From Terriglobia bacterium (GTDB lineage Bacteria; Acidobacteriota; Terriglobia; 20CM-2-55-15): a stretch of 64,000 nt of DNA. Both the position numbers and the translations under genes were made by a program. The notes under the pieces are model-generated. The model was given only the letters and a program-made list of their open reading frames with translations. It was not told where the DNA came from and did no database searches. Below are positions 42,706 to 51,731 of the stretch, piece after piece (position 1 is the first letter of the stretch; the number at the start of each line of letters is the position of its first letter). Location: contig CAXWPJ010000009.1 in assembly GCA_963664115.2 (NCBI GenBank), positions 1,184,001 through 1,248,000 on the forward strand. The letters run 5' to 3'.

Positions 42706-43416
42706 TCAAATATGGAACACGCGCATATGCATGCCGCCGAGAGAAATTCGGCAGAGCAGATCGAATCTGAACTTGCACTTCGTCCTATCGAAGAATTCAA
42801 AGAATGCTCGCGTCTCGCCGGTGTTCGGGTTATCTGTCCAATCGTCAAAGCACAGGTAGGCGCCATCCACAAGCCGACCCTCAAGAAATTCCAAACATTC
42901 AGCAGCTGGCTGATAAAGGTCGCAGTCAATCCGGGCAAAGGCGACGGAGGTTATGTTCGCCCGGATGTCAGGACGCGCCAGCGTATCTGAAAACCAGCCC
43001 TTGACGAGGGAAACACTAGGGCGAGATTTCGCTTTCAACCGCTCCAAGACGGATTCGTAATCGGCGGCGAACTGACCCTTTTGCCAATAAGGGGCGTCAA
43101 GAGAGGAAGGCTCAGGTAGCCCTTCAAAACTATCGAATCCGTAAATATTGATCTTCAGTCCGATCTCTTCTGAGTACTGGATCAATTGTTCGAGGCTATT
43201 TCCTACAGACACGCCGAATTCCAACAGATCCCCTTCAATCAAGGTATCGTGGACGTTCGTCAAAAACTGTTTCCACATACGGCTCTCTATTTTCCAGATG
43301 GTCGCTTGGAGCTCCAACGCTTCGGGAGACCCCCAAGGGAAAGGGAATCGAATCCAGGCTGGCGGACCGTCGGGCTCACTCTGGAAGGCGGTCTTGTAGA
43401 GCTGGTCGTAATCCAT
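42706..43416 (-). CDS. TylF/MycF-like O-methyltransferase (copy 2)
   Basis: Protein identical to 25740-26450 except residue 4. Confidence 0.88.
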   Translation of the reverse strand: MDYDQLYKTAFQSEPDGPPAWIRFPFPWGSPEALELQATIWKIESRMWKQFLTNVHDTLIEGDLLEFGVSVGNSLEQLIQYSEEIGLKINIYGFDSFEGLPEPSSLDAPYWQKGQFAADYESVLERLKAKSRPSVSLVKGWFSDTLARPDIRANITSVAFARIDCDLYQPAAECLEFLEGRLVDGAYLCFDDWTDNPNTGETRAFFEFFDRTKCKFRFDLLCRISLGGMHMRVFHI

Positions 43417-43557
43417 TCAGAACCTCGATTCCTTCTGTCCCATCCAGCAAACCTGACGGCATCGTGGCAAGCCGCGTGCGCGCCACACTTCTCCCATCCC
43501 ACCCTTGCCGAGGAGACTCAGGATCTCGTAGTGGCCGAGTTTAGAGCCAGATTCCAT
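43417..43557 (-). pseudogene. Ser/Thr kinase N-terminal stub 1
   Basis: [28 protein letters not shown] then unrelated sequence; stop directly before the TylF ATG. Confidence 0.85.
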
Positions 43558-43634
43558 GTTCAAAGTGTGTCGCTGAAAAAACCGAGAAAAACTCGGTAAA
43601 CGATACTAGAGGTGGGTGTTAGGCGCTATCAAAT

Positions 43635-43728
43635 TCTCAACGCCTGATAAACATTGGCGGACACTGAGAAACCCCAGTAATTTGCCCAATTCTCAACGTC
43701 CGACAAGATGATTTCTCAGGACTTGACC
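43635..43728. repeat. Paired ~40-bp inverted sites, module 1
   Basis: TCTCAACGCCTGATAAACATTGGCGGACACTGAGAA (43635-70) and ATTCTCAACGTCCGACAAGATGATTTCTCAGGACTTGACC (43689-728). Confidence 0.8.
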
Positions 43729-43811
43729 CCGAGAGTCACGGCACCGGCACCCGTTCTTTCAGTTCTTCAATGTTGACTCACTGGAATCACACCGCGACTT
43801 TTGAGTCCAGC

Positions 43812-44456
43812 TCAGCGCGCTAACGAGCTCAGGTTCAGGGCCGTCATGGCGACGACGTAGATCGCGACAAAGTAGTACCAGCCACCCACCAGCTTCGGCA
43901 TCCGAAAGGGAGAAACGTTTAGGATGGCGAGTGTAACGACCGCAACGTAGAGTGCCCACGAGAACGCAGGGTGCCCCAATAGCTCACGGAACGGAAACAG
44001 AGCCGTCACAACGATGATATTGCTGTCGATCGGCAGGCCGCTGTACGCGCCGCCGTCGTGGCCAAGAATGTTGAAGTGAGCCAACCGAATCGCTCCCGCA
44101 ATCACCAGCAGAAAAGCGCCTGGTAGAAACCAGGGCTCGAAGTCGCCAATGCTGATCAGGAGCATTGCGGGAGCGACGCCGCTGGATACCATATCGGTAA
44201 GGGAGTCCAGTTGCGCGCCGAAGGCCCGGTCCTCGTCGGTCCGATCGGTCATTCGCCGAGCCAGCGGACCATCGAACCAATCGCAGAACAGCGCCCACAG
44301 CAGAGCTGTGCTGGCGGCGGTATAGGCGCCGCGCACACTGAACCAAATAGCCAGAATTCCGCATACCAACCCCGCCAAGGTCAGCAGGTTGGCTCGGTCG
44401 TAGACAAAAGACAGGGCGCTTCGTCGGCCGGATGGACTCGTCATTGGGGCAGGCAT
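43812..44456 (-). CDS. CDP-alcohol phosphatidyltransferase (PssA-like)
   Basis: DWFDGPLAR...GAQLDSLTD motif, RLAHFN, SGLP. Confidence 0.9.
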   Translation of the reverse strand: MPAPMTSPSGRRSALSFVYDRANLLTLAGLVCGILAIWFSVRGAYTAASTALLWALFCDWFDGPLARRMTDRTDEDRAFGAQLDSLTDMVSSGVAPAMLLISIGDFEPWFLPGAFLLVIAGAIRLAHFNILGHDGGAYSGLPIDSNIIVVTALFPFRELLGHPAFSWALYVAVVTLAILNVSPFRMPKLVGGWYYFVAIYVVAMTALNLSSLAR

Positions 44457-45607
44457 TTCCGCATCGCTTCGACGAGCATATGGTTCTCCGCTGCCGTCCT
44501 GCTGGCGATGCGCAGATACCGATCGGCATCCGACATGTGTTTACCAGCGCAGTGCTTGACGAAGATGTTGTGCTCCACGAAGAGCCGTTTGGCGATGACC
44601 GGACCGGATGGGCCTGGAGCTGGGAGACGACACATTACGAAGTTAGCCTGAGGTCGATATGCTGTCATTCCGGGTATCTCGTTCAGCCCTTCGTAGAGCT
44701 CATCGCAGTGTTCGCGAACCAGAGCGCAACTCTGCCTGAACGCCTTGCGCCAGCGCGGTGCCTCGCGCAGGAAGGCTTCCGCGAAACCGTTGATGTTCCA
44801 GATGGGCAACTCGGCGCGCACCGCGTTCGCGAATTCCTCATTGGCCGTCAGGAGATAGCCCAGCCGCAGTCCGCCGATCCCGAAGGACTTGCTCAAGCTC
44901 TTGAGGACCGCGAGGTTGGGAACGCGGTCAACCCAACCCTCCACGCTCAACTCCTGATAGTCGTTTGCAAAGTCGATGAAGGATTCATCGACAACGAGCA
45001 TGCACTCGGCCGATTCGAGTTGCGCGGCAAGGCGCAAGATGTCTGCTCTGGGCACTGCCAACGAGGTGGGATTGTTAGGTGTCACTACGATGGCCAGTTT
45101 TGCCTCGCTCTCGAGAACCCGTTGGGCAAAGGCATCTACGTCGAGTTTGAAAGTGGGAGAGGGCAGTTCGAACGGGACGAAGGCGCCAGCTCTCGCAGCG
45201 TCCTCGTACTCGTTGAACGAGGGCACAGGACAGGCGATCGGGCCGGGAAGGCGACCAGCGATGATCTTAATCAGTTCCGAAGCCCCGTTTCCAACCAGAA
45301 TGCGAGAGGAAGGCTGACCGATCAAAGTACCCACGAGCCGCGTGACAACTTCCTGTCCCGGAGGGTAGTTGAACACCAGCTCTCGCAAGTTGTTCTCAAA
45401 ATGTACGAACATCGTTTTAGGCGGGTAATAGGGATTGTACAGGTAGGCGTGATCGATAAACCCAAAGCGCCAATATCCCCCGTGCTGGCTCTGGACGTGG
45501 TCGTAACGCTCCTCGCCTGAGTTGGATAGATACTCAGCCGCCAATCGGTCACTTTCATCGTCGATCTCGCGCTTACCGGGCGTGAGATTCCATCGGTCGG
45601 CTTTCAC
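44441..45607 (-). CDS. Class I/II PLP enzyme (HisC/CobD-like)
   Basis: VGNGASE, PNNPT, VDESF, KSLSKSFGIGGLRLGY. Confidence 0.88.
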   Translation of the reverse strand: MKADRWNLTPGKREIDDESDRLAAEYLSNSGEERYDHVQSQHGGYWRFGFIDHAYLYNPYYPPKTMFVHFENNLRELVFNYPPGQEVVTRLVGTLIGQPSSRILVGNGASELIKIIAGRLPGPIACPVPSFNEYEDAARAGAFVPFELPSPTFKLDVDAFAQRVLESEAKLAIVVTPNNPTSLAVPRADILRLAAQLESAECMLVVDESFIDFANDYQELSVEGWVDRVPNLAVLKSLSKSFGIGGLRLGYLLTANEEFANAVRAELPIWNINGFAEAFLREAPRWRKAFRQSCALVREHCDELYEGLNEIPGMTAYRPQANFVMCRLPAPGPSGPVIAKRLFVEHNIFVKHCAGKHMSDADRYLRIASRTAAENHMLVEAMRKCLPQ

Positions 45608-45634
45608 GTAGATCTCCCTGAATCTGCCAGAGCG

Positions 45635-46471
45635 TTAACTTGCATTCTCTAGCATAAAAAAATGGTTCTGGAGCTTTGGCCAGCGCACACGAAGCCGCGC
45701 CGCCGCTCGGGGAAGAAGCCCGAAGCATACGGGCGACGTAGCCCGTAGCGACCACCAGGTCAAAGCGCCAAGAAAAGGTGAGGTGTGCGGCAGCATACGC
45801 AGGTAGCGGCGTCGCAGTTCGACGAGTTCGACTGCGATCTCCATATAGGTATAAGCGTAGTTTCGACGTGTGTCGACGCGCGACAAGCCAGCCTCTCGAA
45901 AGAGCGTTCGGTAAACGTCGACGCTACGATAGATCGCATGGTACTCGCCCTCTCTGTGCTCGTAACCGTTCGCAACGGTAGTCTCCCGTAAAACGACTCG
46001 CCCCCGATCACCGAGGCGTTCGATAACTGCTTGAACGAGCGCGATCGTGTCAGCGTCGCTCAGGTACATGCAGATTCCTCCTAAAAAGACGAGATCAAAT
46101 GGCCCCGGCGGCAATGGCTCTCGAACGTCCTGGTTCAGAAGCTCCACGTTCGACCGGTCCGTGAGCTTCTTTTTTGCAGCGACCAGCATCGCAGGGCTCT
46201 GTTCAATCCCAATGACGCTGCCGAAGCGCTGAGCGAAGAACTCGGTCCAGGTCCCCGACCCACAGCCCAAGTCAAGTACACGTGCTTGCGGCCCCCCGAC
46301 ATCGAGCCAGTCGCGTATCGCTCGGCGTTCCTTCTGGAAGCGATAACGAACAGCGTTTTCGGGCAAGTCTTGTGCGTGGGCCATGTAGCTCGCACAAGCC
46401 GCCGTGTCGGGGCCAGCTTGAGCAAAGTAGCGCCTAACCTCCCGGTAGTCGATCTGGTATTTGCCACTCAT
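45635..46471 (-). CDS. Class I SAM methyltransferase, phosphoethanolamine N-methyltransferase-like
   Basis: VLDLGCGSG; FDLVF..MYLSD..RE..YR..Y..LF.E pattern. Confidence 0.8.
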   Translation of the reverse strand: MSGKYQIDYREVRRYFAQAGPDTAACASYMAHAQDLPENAVRYRFQKERRAIRDWLDVGGPQARVLDLGCGSGTWTEFFAQRFGSVIGIEQSPAMLVAAKKKLTDRSNVELLNQDVREPLPPGPFDLVFLGGICMYLSDADTIALVQAVIERLGDRGRVVLRETTVANGYEHREGEYHAIYRSVDVYRTLFREAGLSRVDTRRNYAYTYMEIAVELVELRRRYLRMLPHTSPFLGALTWWSLRATSPVCFGLLPRAAARLRVRWPKLQNHFFMLENAS

Positions 46472-46609
46472 GTTCTGTCGCGCACCTTTTACGCGATAGG
46501 CACCACAAACTACGTTTCAGCAGTCCGGTCGGTGTCGCTGGGCCTCGCTCTCGGCCCCCGCTGGTCAACTCATGCGGACTTAAACCGCCGCATTCGTTGT
46601 CAAAGTAGA

Positions 46610-46697
46610 TTTTCGCGGGCTTTCCACACCTCGTCCATGACTCCTTACTTATTGCGGAGAGGATCTCGTAGCAGCCGAGTCGGGTGCCAGGGGGCAT
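46610..46697 (-). pseudogene. Ser/Thr kinase N-terminal stub 2 (degenerate, frameshifted)
   Basis: MPPGTRLGCYEILSAISK then MDEVWKARE in a shifted frame. Confidence 0.7.
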
Positions 46698-46772
46698 GAT
46701 TCAGCGTGGACTGTTCTGAGCGGCGCAAACTCACTAAATGATATGTAAATAAGGGGTTAGAAGCAAATAGAG

Positions 46773-46958
46773 TCTCAAGTCCTGAGAAACGACCTTGTCG
46801 GACACTGAGAATAGGCGAGCTTCGAGTGTCGCAGTAATTCATTGAAACAATGAGAGATATAGCTCGTTAGCGACCAATCGAGGAAGGGCAGGCGAGAGGA
46901 GGATTTCCGTTCGGTGAAATTCTCAATGTCCGCGAAGATGATTTATCGGGACCTGAGA
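46773..46958. repeat. Paired 40-bp inverted sites, module 2 (186-bp MITE-like unit)
   Basis: 46773-46812 and 46919-46958 are 31/40 complementary. Confidence 0.85.
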
Positions 46959-47039
46959 ATCGTTTTTAAGGCAGGGCTCAAGAAAATTCGATGGCCGCCG
47001 GCTGGTGCAGCACTTGTTATGCCGTTTCTTCGCTGAAAC

Positions 47040-47211
47040 AGAGAATGTATCCGTCGGGAACGGAGGCGAATCGGAGTGGTCGCCCGATGGCAGGACGCTC
47101 TACTTCCGAAACGGAAATCAGCTGCTGGCCGCCGACGTTCTTGATGCCGATAGTATGACTCTCGGTGTGCCGCGGCGGCTCCAGCTTTGCGACGGCTTAT
47201 ATCTCTCGTAA
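47040..47211 (+). pseudogene. Fragment of a TolB/PD40-like beta-propeller C-terminus
   Basis: VSVGNGGESEWSPDGRTLYFRNGNQLLAADV...GVPRRL. Confidence 0.6.
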
Positions 47212-47328
47212 TTCACCATCCTGACGCCTGCTTCGCCCCCTGATAGCGGCCGTTCGAAGACAATGCCTCAGGTCTGAGATGAACTCAGGGTTTAACTTTG
47301 GGACTCGGCGGATTTCGGGCCCCTCGCG

Positions 47329-47739
47329 CTAGTCTTTGCTCGTGCCGCGAATGTTGGAACCCGTTCCTCGCGAGTAATACACGCCGTTCACTTCCATACC
47401 CATGAACTCCCCGGTGCGTCGGGACTTGTTCCGTGGAGGATGAGCGATGATCTTGACCCGATTCCCGACCTTGAGAATCTGCGGCGAGATTCCGGATGCC
47501 ACCATGGACGCGGCCCCGGAGCCCTCAAAACCCCAGCTCTCCGTCCCGCCCTCGGCAATCGGCACATCGAGGGTGACCCACATGTGCGGATTCCTCCACT
47601 CGACGTTGGTGACCACGCCTTCGACGGAAATTAACACGTCCACGTCGAACATCGCACGCGAATGATGGGCCGACAGCGGCGCCGCCATTGACACGAATCC
47701 GAGAAGCATCGCTAGGATGCCGAGTGCCTTCCAAAACAT
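47329..47739 (-). CDS. Exported DUF6152-like protein
   Basis: Signal peptide, AHHS, W.NPH, LKVG.RV pattern; AGGAGG RBS. Confidence 0.75.
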   Translation of the reverse strand: MFWKALGILAMLLGFVSMAAPLSAHHSRAMFDVDVLISVEGVVTNVEWRNPHMWVTLDVPIAEGGTESWGFEGSGAASMVASGISPQILKVGNRVKIIAHPPRNKSRRTGEFMGMEVNGVYYSRGTGSNIRGTSKD

Positions 47740-47792
47740 ACCTGCCTCCTTCAAAATCGCGACAGCGATTCGCCACCCAAGTGCTGAATTCG

Positions 47793-48651
47793 TTAACCGA
47801 GGCGCGAAAGATAGGTCTCCGGTCCATCCTCCGGCCGGCACAAGACCTCTTCGATTTGATCGACCGTCTGACGCTTGAAGGTGACCGTCGGCGTCTCCCA
47901 GGGTATCGTCAGCGAGTTCTCATCTTCTGCCCTCGCCTGATACTCGAGCGTGTCGGCATCGATGCGACGCCACCGCTCGACGACGTGCATCGCGTCAGAG
48001 GTCAACCACACGCCCGTGCTGGCGTTCGTCGGCCTATCCTCGGGGCTCGCCAGCCATCCTTCACCGTTGAATGAAACCACGTCGACCACGAGCGTGTCCC
48101 CTTCCCACACTGCCGTTGAGTCGCCCATGTAAGTGGGATACAAATACTGCTCCGCGGTGTGCGGCCTTCCGGTCGTTGGAATGATCCGGTAGACCGGGTA
48201 CGCCTCGGTGAGCACGAATGCGAATCCGGGGCTCTGAATAATCTGGATTGGGTGCCCCAGCATCGCGGCGCGCGGAAAAGCGGGAGGAGCGCAGCAGGGT
48301 TGGGCAGCGAGAGTTCCTCCATCCAGGGTTCCGGTCGTTGGAATGATCCGGTAGACCGGGCGGGTCATCCTCCGCCGAGAGTTCCTCCATCCGAGCGCGC
48401 GCGGCGGGCGTGTACAGTCCCTCGAGCGTCGCCAGATCAAACGTATCGCGTCCGGAACTAGCGCCAAGGGGCGGCGCCCTCCAGACACCAGCTAGATCTG
48501 GCTCTCCCCACTCGGTCCGCGCCGAAAACGAACCGGTACCTGTCGAGGCGCTGTCGTTCGCGCCGTTCTCGTCCATCACTAGTCGCAGGCCGAGCAGCAC
48601 GGCAGCTCCAACGACCAAGCCAATGCCAATAGTCATCGCACGTCCGCTCAT
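47793..48651 (-). pseudogene. Exported hypothetical protein, frameshifted, with an internal duplication
   Basis: RTEWGEPDLAGVW and GDSTAVWEGDTLVVD blocks in different frames; 48168-48199 repeated at 48329-48360. Confidence 0.65.
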
Positions 48652-49925
48652 TGGACACCCCCGTCGAGGGTTCAACGGCGGGCGCACCCGACGCCTCCCT
48701 CTCTGCTTGCTGGACGGCGAACTCCCGGTGTCGCGCGTCCAACTCGGGATCCGGGAAGCAGAGTGACTCAAAGAGCGTGTCGTACGGCATGAGGCCCCGG
48801 CGAACGACCGATCCGGTCCATGGAGCCGTGAGCATTTTCGAGTCTTCAACGACCACGCTGTATTCAATGATCTGCGCGTCCGGCCGACTCCAGCGCTCGA
48901 CGATGCGCAATGCGTCCGAGGAGGTTTGCGGCAGCTGATCCGGCGGCCGAGCTGGCCAAGCCAGGGCTTGCCGTTGAAGTTCAGGGTCACCTCCACGACC
49001 AGCGTGTCGCCCTCCCAATGACCGACCGACGAGCCTTGAAAGGAAGGCTTGTGCGACGCACTCGGTTGGGGTTCGTTCTCGCCAACGATTGGGATGATCC
49101 GGAAGTAGTCACCGCCCTCGTTGAGCATCAGGAGGTATCCCGGGGCTGACACCAGTTGGATGGTTCCGGCGCCGAGCCCGAGCGCGGCCAGCAGTGATAG
49201 TTGGGGGTATCGATGCCTTGCCAATCGATCAGGCCGACCGCGGCACCTCCGCCCTCTCTGTATTCGCGCACCTCCGGACGGTACAGCGACTCCAGCGGAA
49301 CCGGGGGCCGCAGCCAATAGACGCCCTGGGCCAAGCCAAAATCCACGACCAGCGTGTCGCCCTCCCAATGACCGACCGACGAGCCTTGAAAGGAAGGCTT
49401 GTGCGACGCACTCGGTTGGGGTTCGTTCTCGCCAACGATTGGGTGATCCGGAAGTGGCCCTCGTTGAGCATCAGGAGGTATCCCGGGGCTGACACCAGTT
49501 GGATGGTTCCGGCCGCCGATCAGTGAGTTGGGGGTATCGATGCCTTGCCAATCGATCAGGCCGACCGCGGCACCTCCGCCCTCTCTGTATTCGCGCACCT
49601 CCGGACGGTACAGCGACTCCAGCGGAACCGGGGGCCGCGTGACTGTCGCGTCGGGCCAATAGACGCCCGAAAAATCCGGTTTCCCGTCCCACGACGTGCG
49701 TGGCACTGGATATTGCACAGGATCAGATTCGTACGCAACGAGACGCCCTCTCGCCTCGGAGCGAGTCTCCACGCCTTCAGGGAGGAGTTCTACAATCCGC
49801 TCTGTCCAGTCCGCGCCCGCCCCCGCCGCCTGTGGCGGGGTATAGGGCTCTATCTGAGCCGATGCGCGAAAAGCACCGAGGGCCACAAGCAGCGCCATTA
49901 CGGCGATTCCGGAACGAGTCAGCAT
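48650..49925 (-). pseudogene. Paralogous exported hypothetical protein with ~340-bp tandem duplication and indels
   Basis: PRTSWDGKPDFSGVY; GSSVGHWEGDTLVV occurs twice; 48992-49326 resembles 49342-49667. Confidence 0.65.
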
Positions 49926-50122
49926 CTCCGTCCCCCTAACTTTCTGATGCTCAAAGCATGCATTTCTGTGTGAAAAGAGAAGGTGGAAAATTCTTCAGGC
50001 AGCGTCTTGATCGCAACTTCACGCCCAAGTTTCGTGTCCTTGGCACGCCATACCTCACCCATACCACCCTTACCTAAGAGCGTTGAGATCTCGTAGTGGC
50101 CGAGTTTGGTACCGGATTCCAT
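49919..50122 (-). pseudogene. Ser/Thr kinase N-terminal stub 3
   Basis: [45 protein letters not shown] then unrelated; stop overlaps the next ATG. Confidence 0.9.
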
Positions 50123-50365
50123 AAAATAGTGTGTGCCGAATCGAAAAGCGAAAATGTTGAATAAATCTAACTACAGGTGGGGGTTATAAGCAAGGAAGTT
50201 GTGAGCCCGTGGGCCTCGCCTAATTCTCAACGTCCGAGAAGATGATTTATTGATGGTATGGACTCCTCTTTGATGACTGAGTCGGCATCGAAGTGCCAAA
50301 GTCATTTTGAGCCTCGCAATAAAGCGGGCGAAACACGTGTACGTGTGAACAAAAAGGAGTCCGAG

Positions 50366-51400
50366 ATGAAGAATAGAACGATAGCAGTGGATCTGGCAAA
50401 GAATGTTTTTCAAATTGGTGTTTCAGATCGCCCCGGGCATGTAGAGAAAACCTATCGTTTAAGTCGGGCAAAGTTTCTGGGGTTCTTTGCGAACCAGGAG
50501 CTGGCGACCGTGGTGATGGAAGCCTGCGGATCCGCCCATTACTGGGGTCGGAAGATCCGGGAACTGGGACACACGGTCGTTCTGATCTCGCCGCAGTATG
50601 TGACGCCCTACGTCAGGCGCAACAAGACCGACCGTACGGATGTGAAAGGATTGTTGGAAGCCTATCGTGACAGCGATATTCATCCAGTGCCGGTCAAAAC
50701 CCTGGCCCAACAGCAACTGACCTCATTGCATCGAATCCGTTCGGCGTGGATGCGAACCCGAACCGCACGGATCAATACGGTGCGGGGGTTGTTACGGGAG
50801 TTTGGCTACGTGATCCCGACCGGAGCGGATCATCTGGTGCCGGGGGTAATGGAGCTGATCGAAGATGCAGATGTCGTCATCCCCAGTGTCGTTCGGGAGA
50901 TGTTTCACCAGGTGTGTGGCGAGATCCGTGAATTGGAATCTCGCATGCGATCGGTGGAACAAGAGTTGAAGACGCTGGCTCGGCAGATGCCTGAGGTCGC
51001 GCGTCTGACGTCGATTCCCGGCATCGGCCTGTTAACGGCAACGGCAATGGTGGGGTTTGTTGGAAACATCAAACGATTCCGAACGTCCCGCCATTTTGCC
51101 AGTTATCTGGGACTCACACCCCGGGAACATTCCAGTGGCAACCAGCGACGCATGGGCCGGATCAGTAAGCAAGGCGATCGTTACCTCCGGATGCTGTTGG
51201 TTCATGGGGGCCGTTCCCTGTTGTGGAGTGCCCATCGAGAGGGCGCCACACCGACACCTCTCCAGCAATGGGGTCTCCAGAAACACGAGTTCCGCGGACA
51301 CAACAAGGCAATCGTTGCACTGGCCAACAAGTTGGCGCGTCGCGTGTGGGCGGTTTGGAACCGTGACTGTGACCATCAGGCCCGGTATCAGGCGGCCTGA
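50366..51400 (+). CDS. IS110 DEDD recombinase/transposase
   Basis: AVDLAKNVFQ, MEACGSAHYW, KTDRTD, GLTPREHSSG, ISKQGDRYLR; AAGGAG RBS. Confidence 0.94.
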   Translation: MKNRTIAVDLAKNVFQIGVSDRPGHVEKTYRLSRAKFLGFFANQELATVVMEACGSAHYWGRKIRELGHTVVLISPQYVTPYVRRNKTDRTDVKGLLEAYRDSDIHPVPVKTLAQQQLTSLHRIRSAWMRTRTARINTVRGLLREFGYVIPTGADHLVPGVMELIEDADVVIPSVVREMFHQVCGEIRELESRMRSVEQELKTLARQMPEVARLTSIPGIGLLTATAMVGFVGNIKRFRTSRHFASYLGLTPREHSSGNQRRMGRISKQGDRYLRMLLVHGGRSLLWSAHREGATPTPLQQWGLQKHEFRGHNKAIVALANKLARRVWAVWNRDCDHQARYQAA

Positions 51401-51439
51401 CCCGGAACAGTCGGAATATCTTTTCAGCGAGCTGCGATG

Positions 51440-51610
51440 AGGTTCGAGATGATGGCGTACCGGTCAGACCGGCGCGGGGCAACGCCGACAAGTCCTTTGG
51501 CCCTTAGAGGCCGTTATTTTATCGGTTGGCTCCCCGCGCGCAAATTTCCATCATGGCCTGGAACAATACAGTTCCACTTTTGAGGCCGAAGATACGGGTG
51601 CAGTCGACTA
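51440..51610 (+). ncRNA. Predicted bridge/seek RNA of the IS1111 element (boundaries approximate)
   Basis: Two stem-loops with internal loops carrying AAGTCC / TTTATCGG (target) and CCATCAT / AGATA (donor junction). Confidence 0.75.
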
Positions 51611-51731
51611 GCTACTCACCTCGTAACTTCTAGTCAGTCCTGCTGAATGCATTTTGCCGAAGAAAGCTGACGGGAGAGCTGCGCCTACTTGACAGAGGAG
51701 TCCAGATACGGGACTTGACCTCATTCTTTGG

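Larger units (their letters stand above)
50251..51708 (+). mobile_element. IS110-family, IS1111-group insertion sequence
   Basis: Sub-terminal IRs ATGGACTCCTCT (50258-69, 7 nt in) and AGAGGAGTCCAG (51694-705, 3 nt in); TTGACA at 51689-94; removal restores the 40-bp site. Confidence 0.92.

Noticed and set aside
26447-42706. Existing inversion between the TylF copies
   Set aside because: The tRNA att repeats are in direct orientation as assembled; an inversion would break that.
44432-45520. 362-aa + strand ORF and similar long antisense ORFs (e.g. 165-890, 4758-5585, 16896-17630)
   Set aside because: Shadows of well-supported opposite-strand genes in GC-rich DNA; no recognisable motifs.
48160-49670. 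Diversity-generating retroelement template/variable repeat pair
   Set aside because: Differences are indels rather than adenine-specific substitutions; no reverse transcriptase.
43597-50186. Classical integron (GTTAGGC, GTTAGAA and GTTATAA next to the modules)
   Set aside because: No RYYYAAC...GTTRRRY attC hairpins after cargo stops, spacing does not fit attI, and the integrase lacks the IntI-specific insertion.
43635-51720. CRISPR array from the 40-bp repeats
   Set aside because: Copies are kilobases apart, some are inverted, and no cas genes are present.
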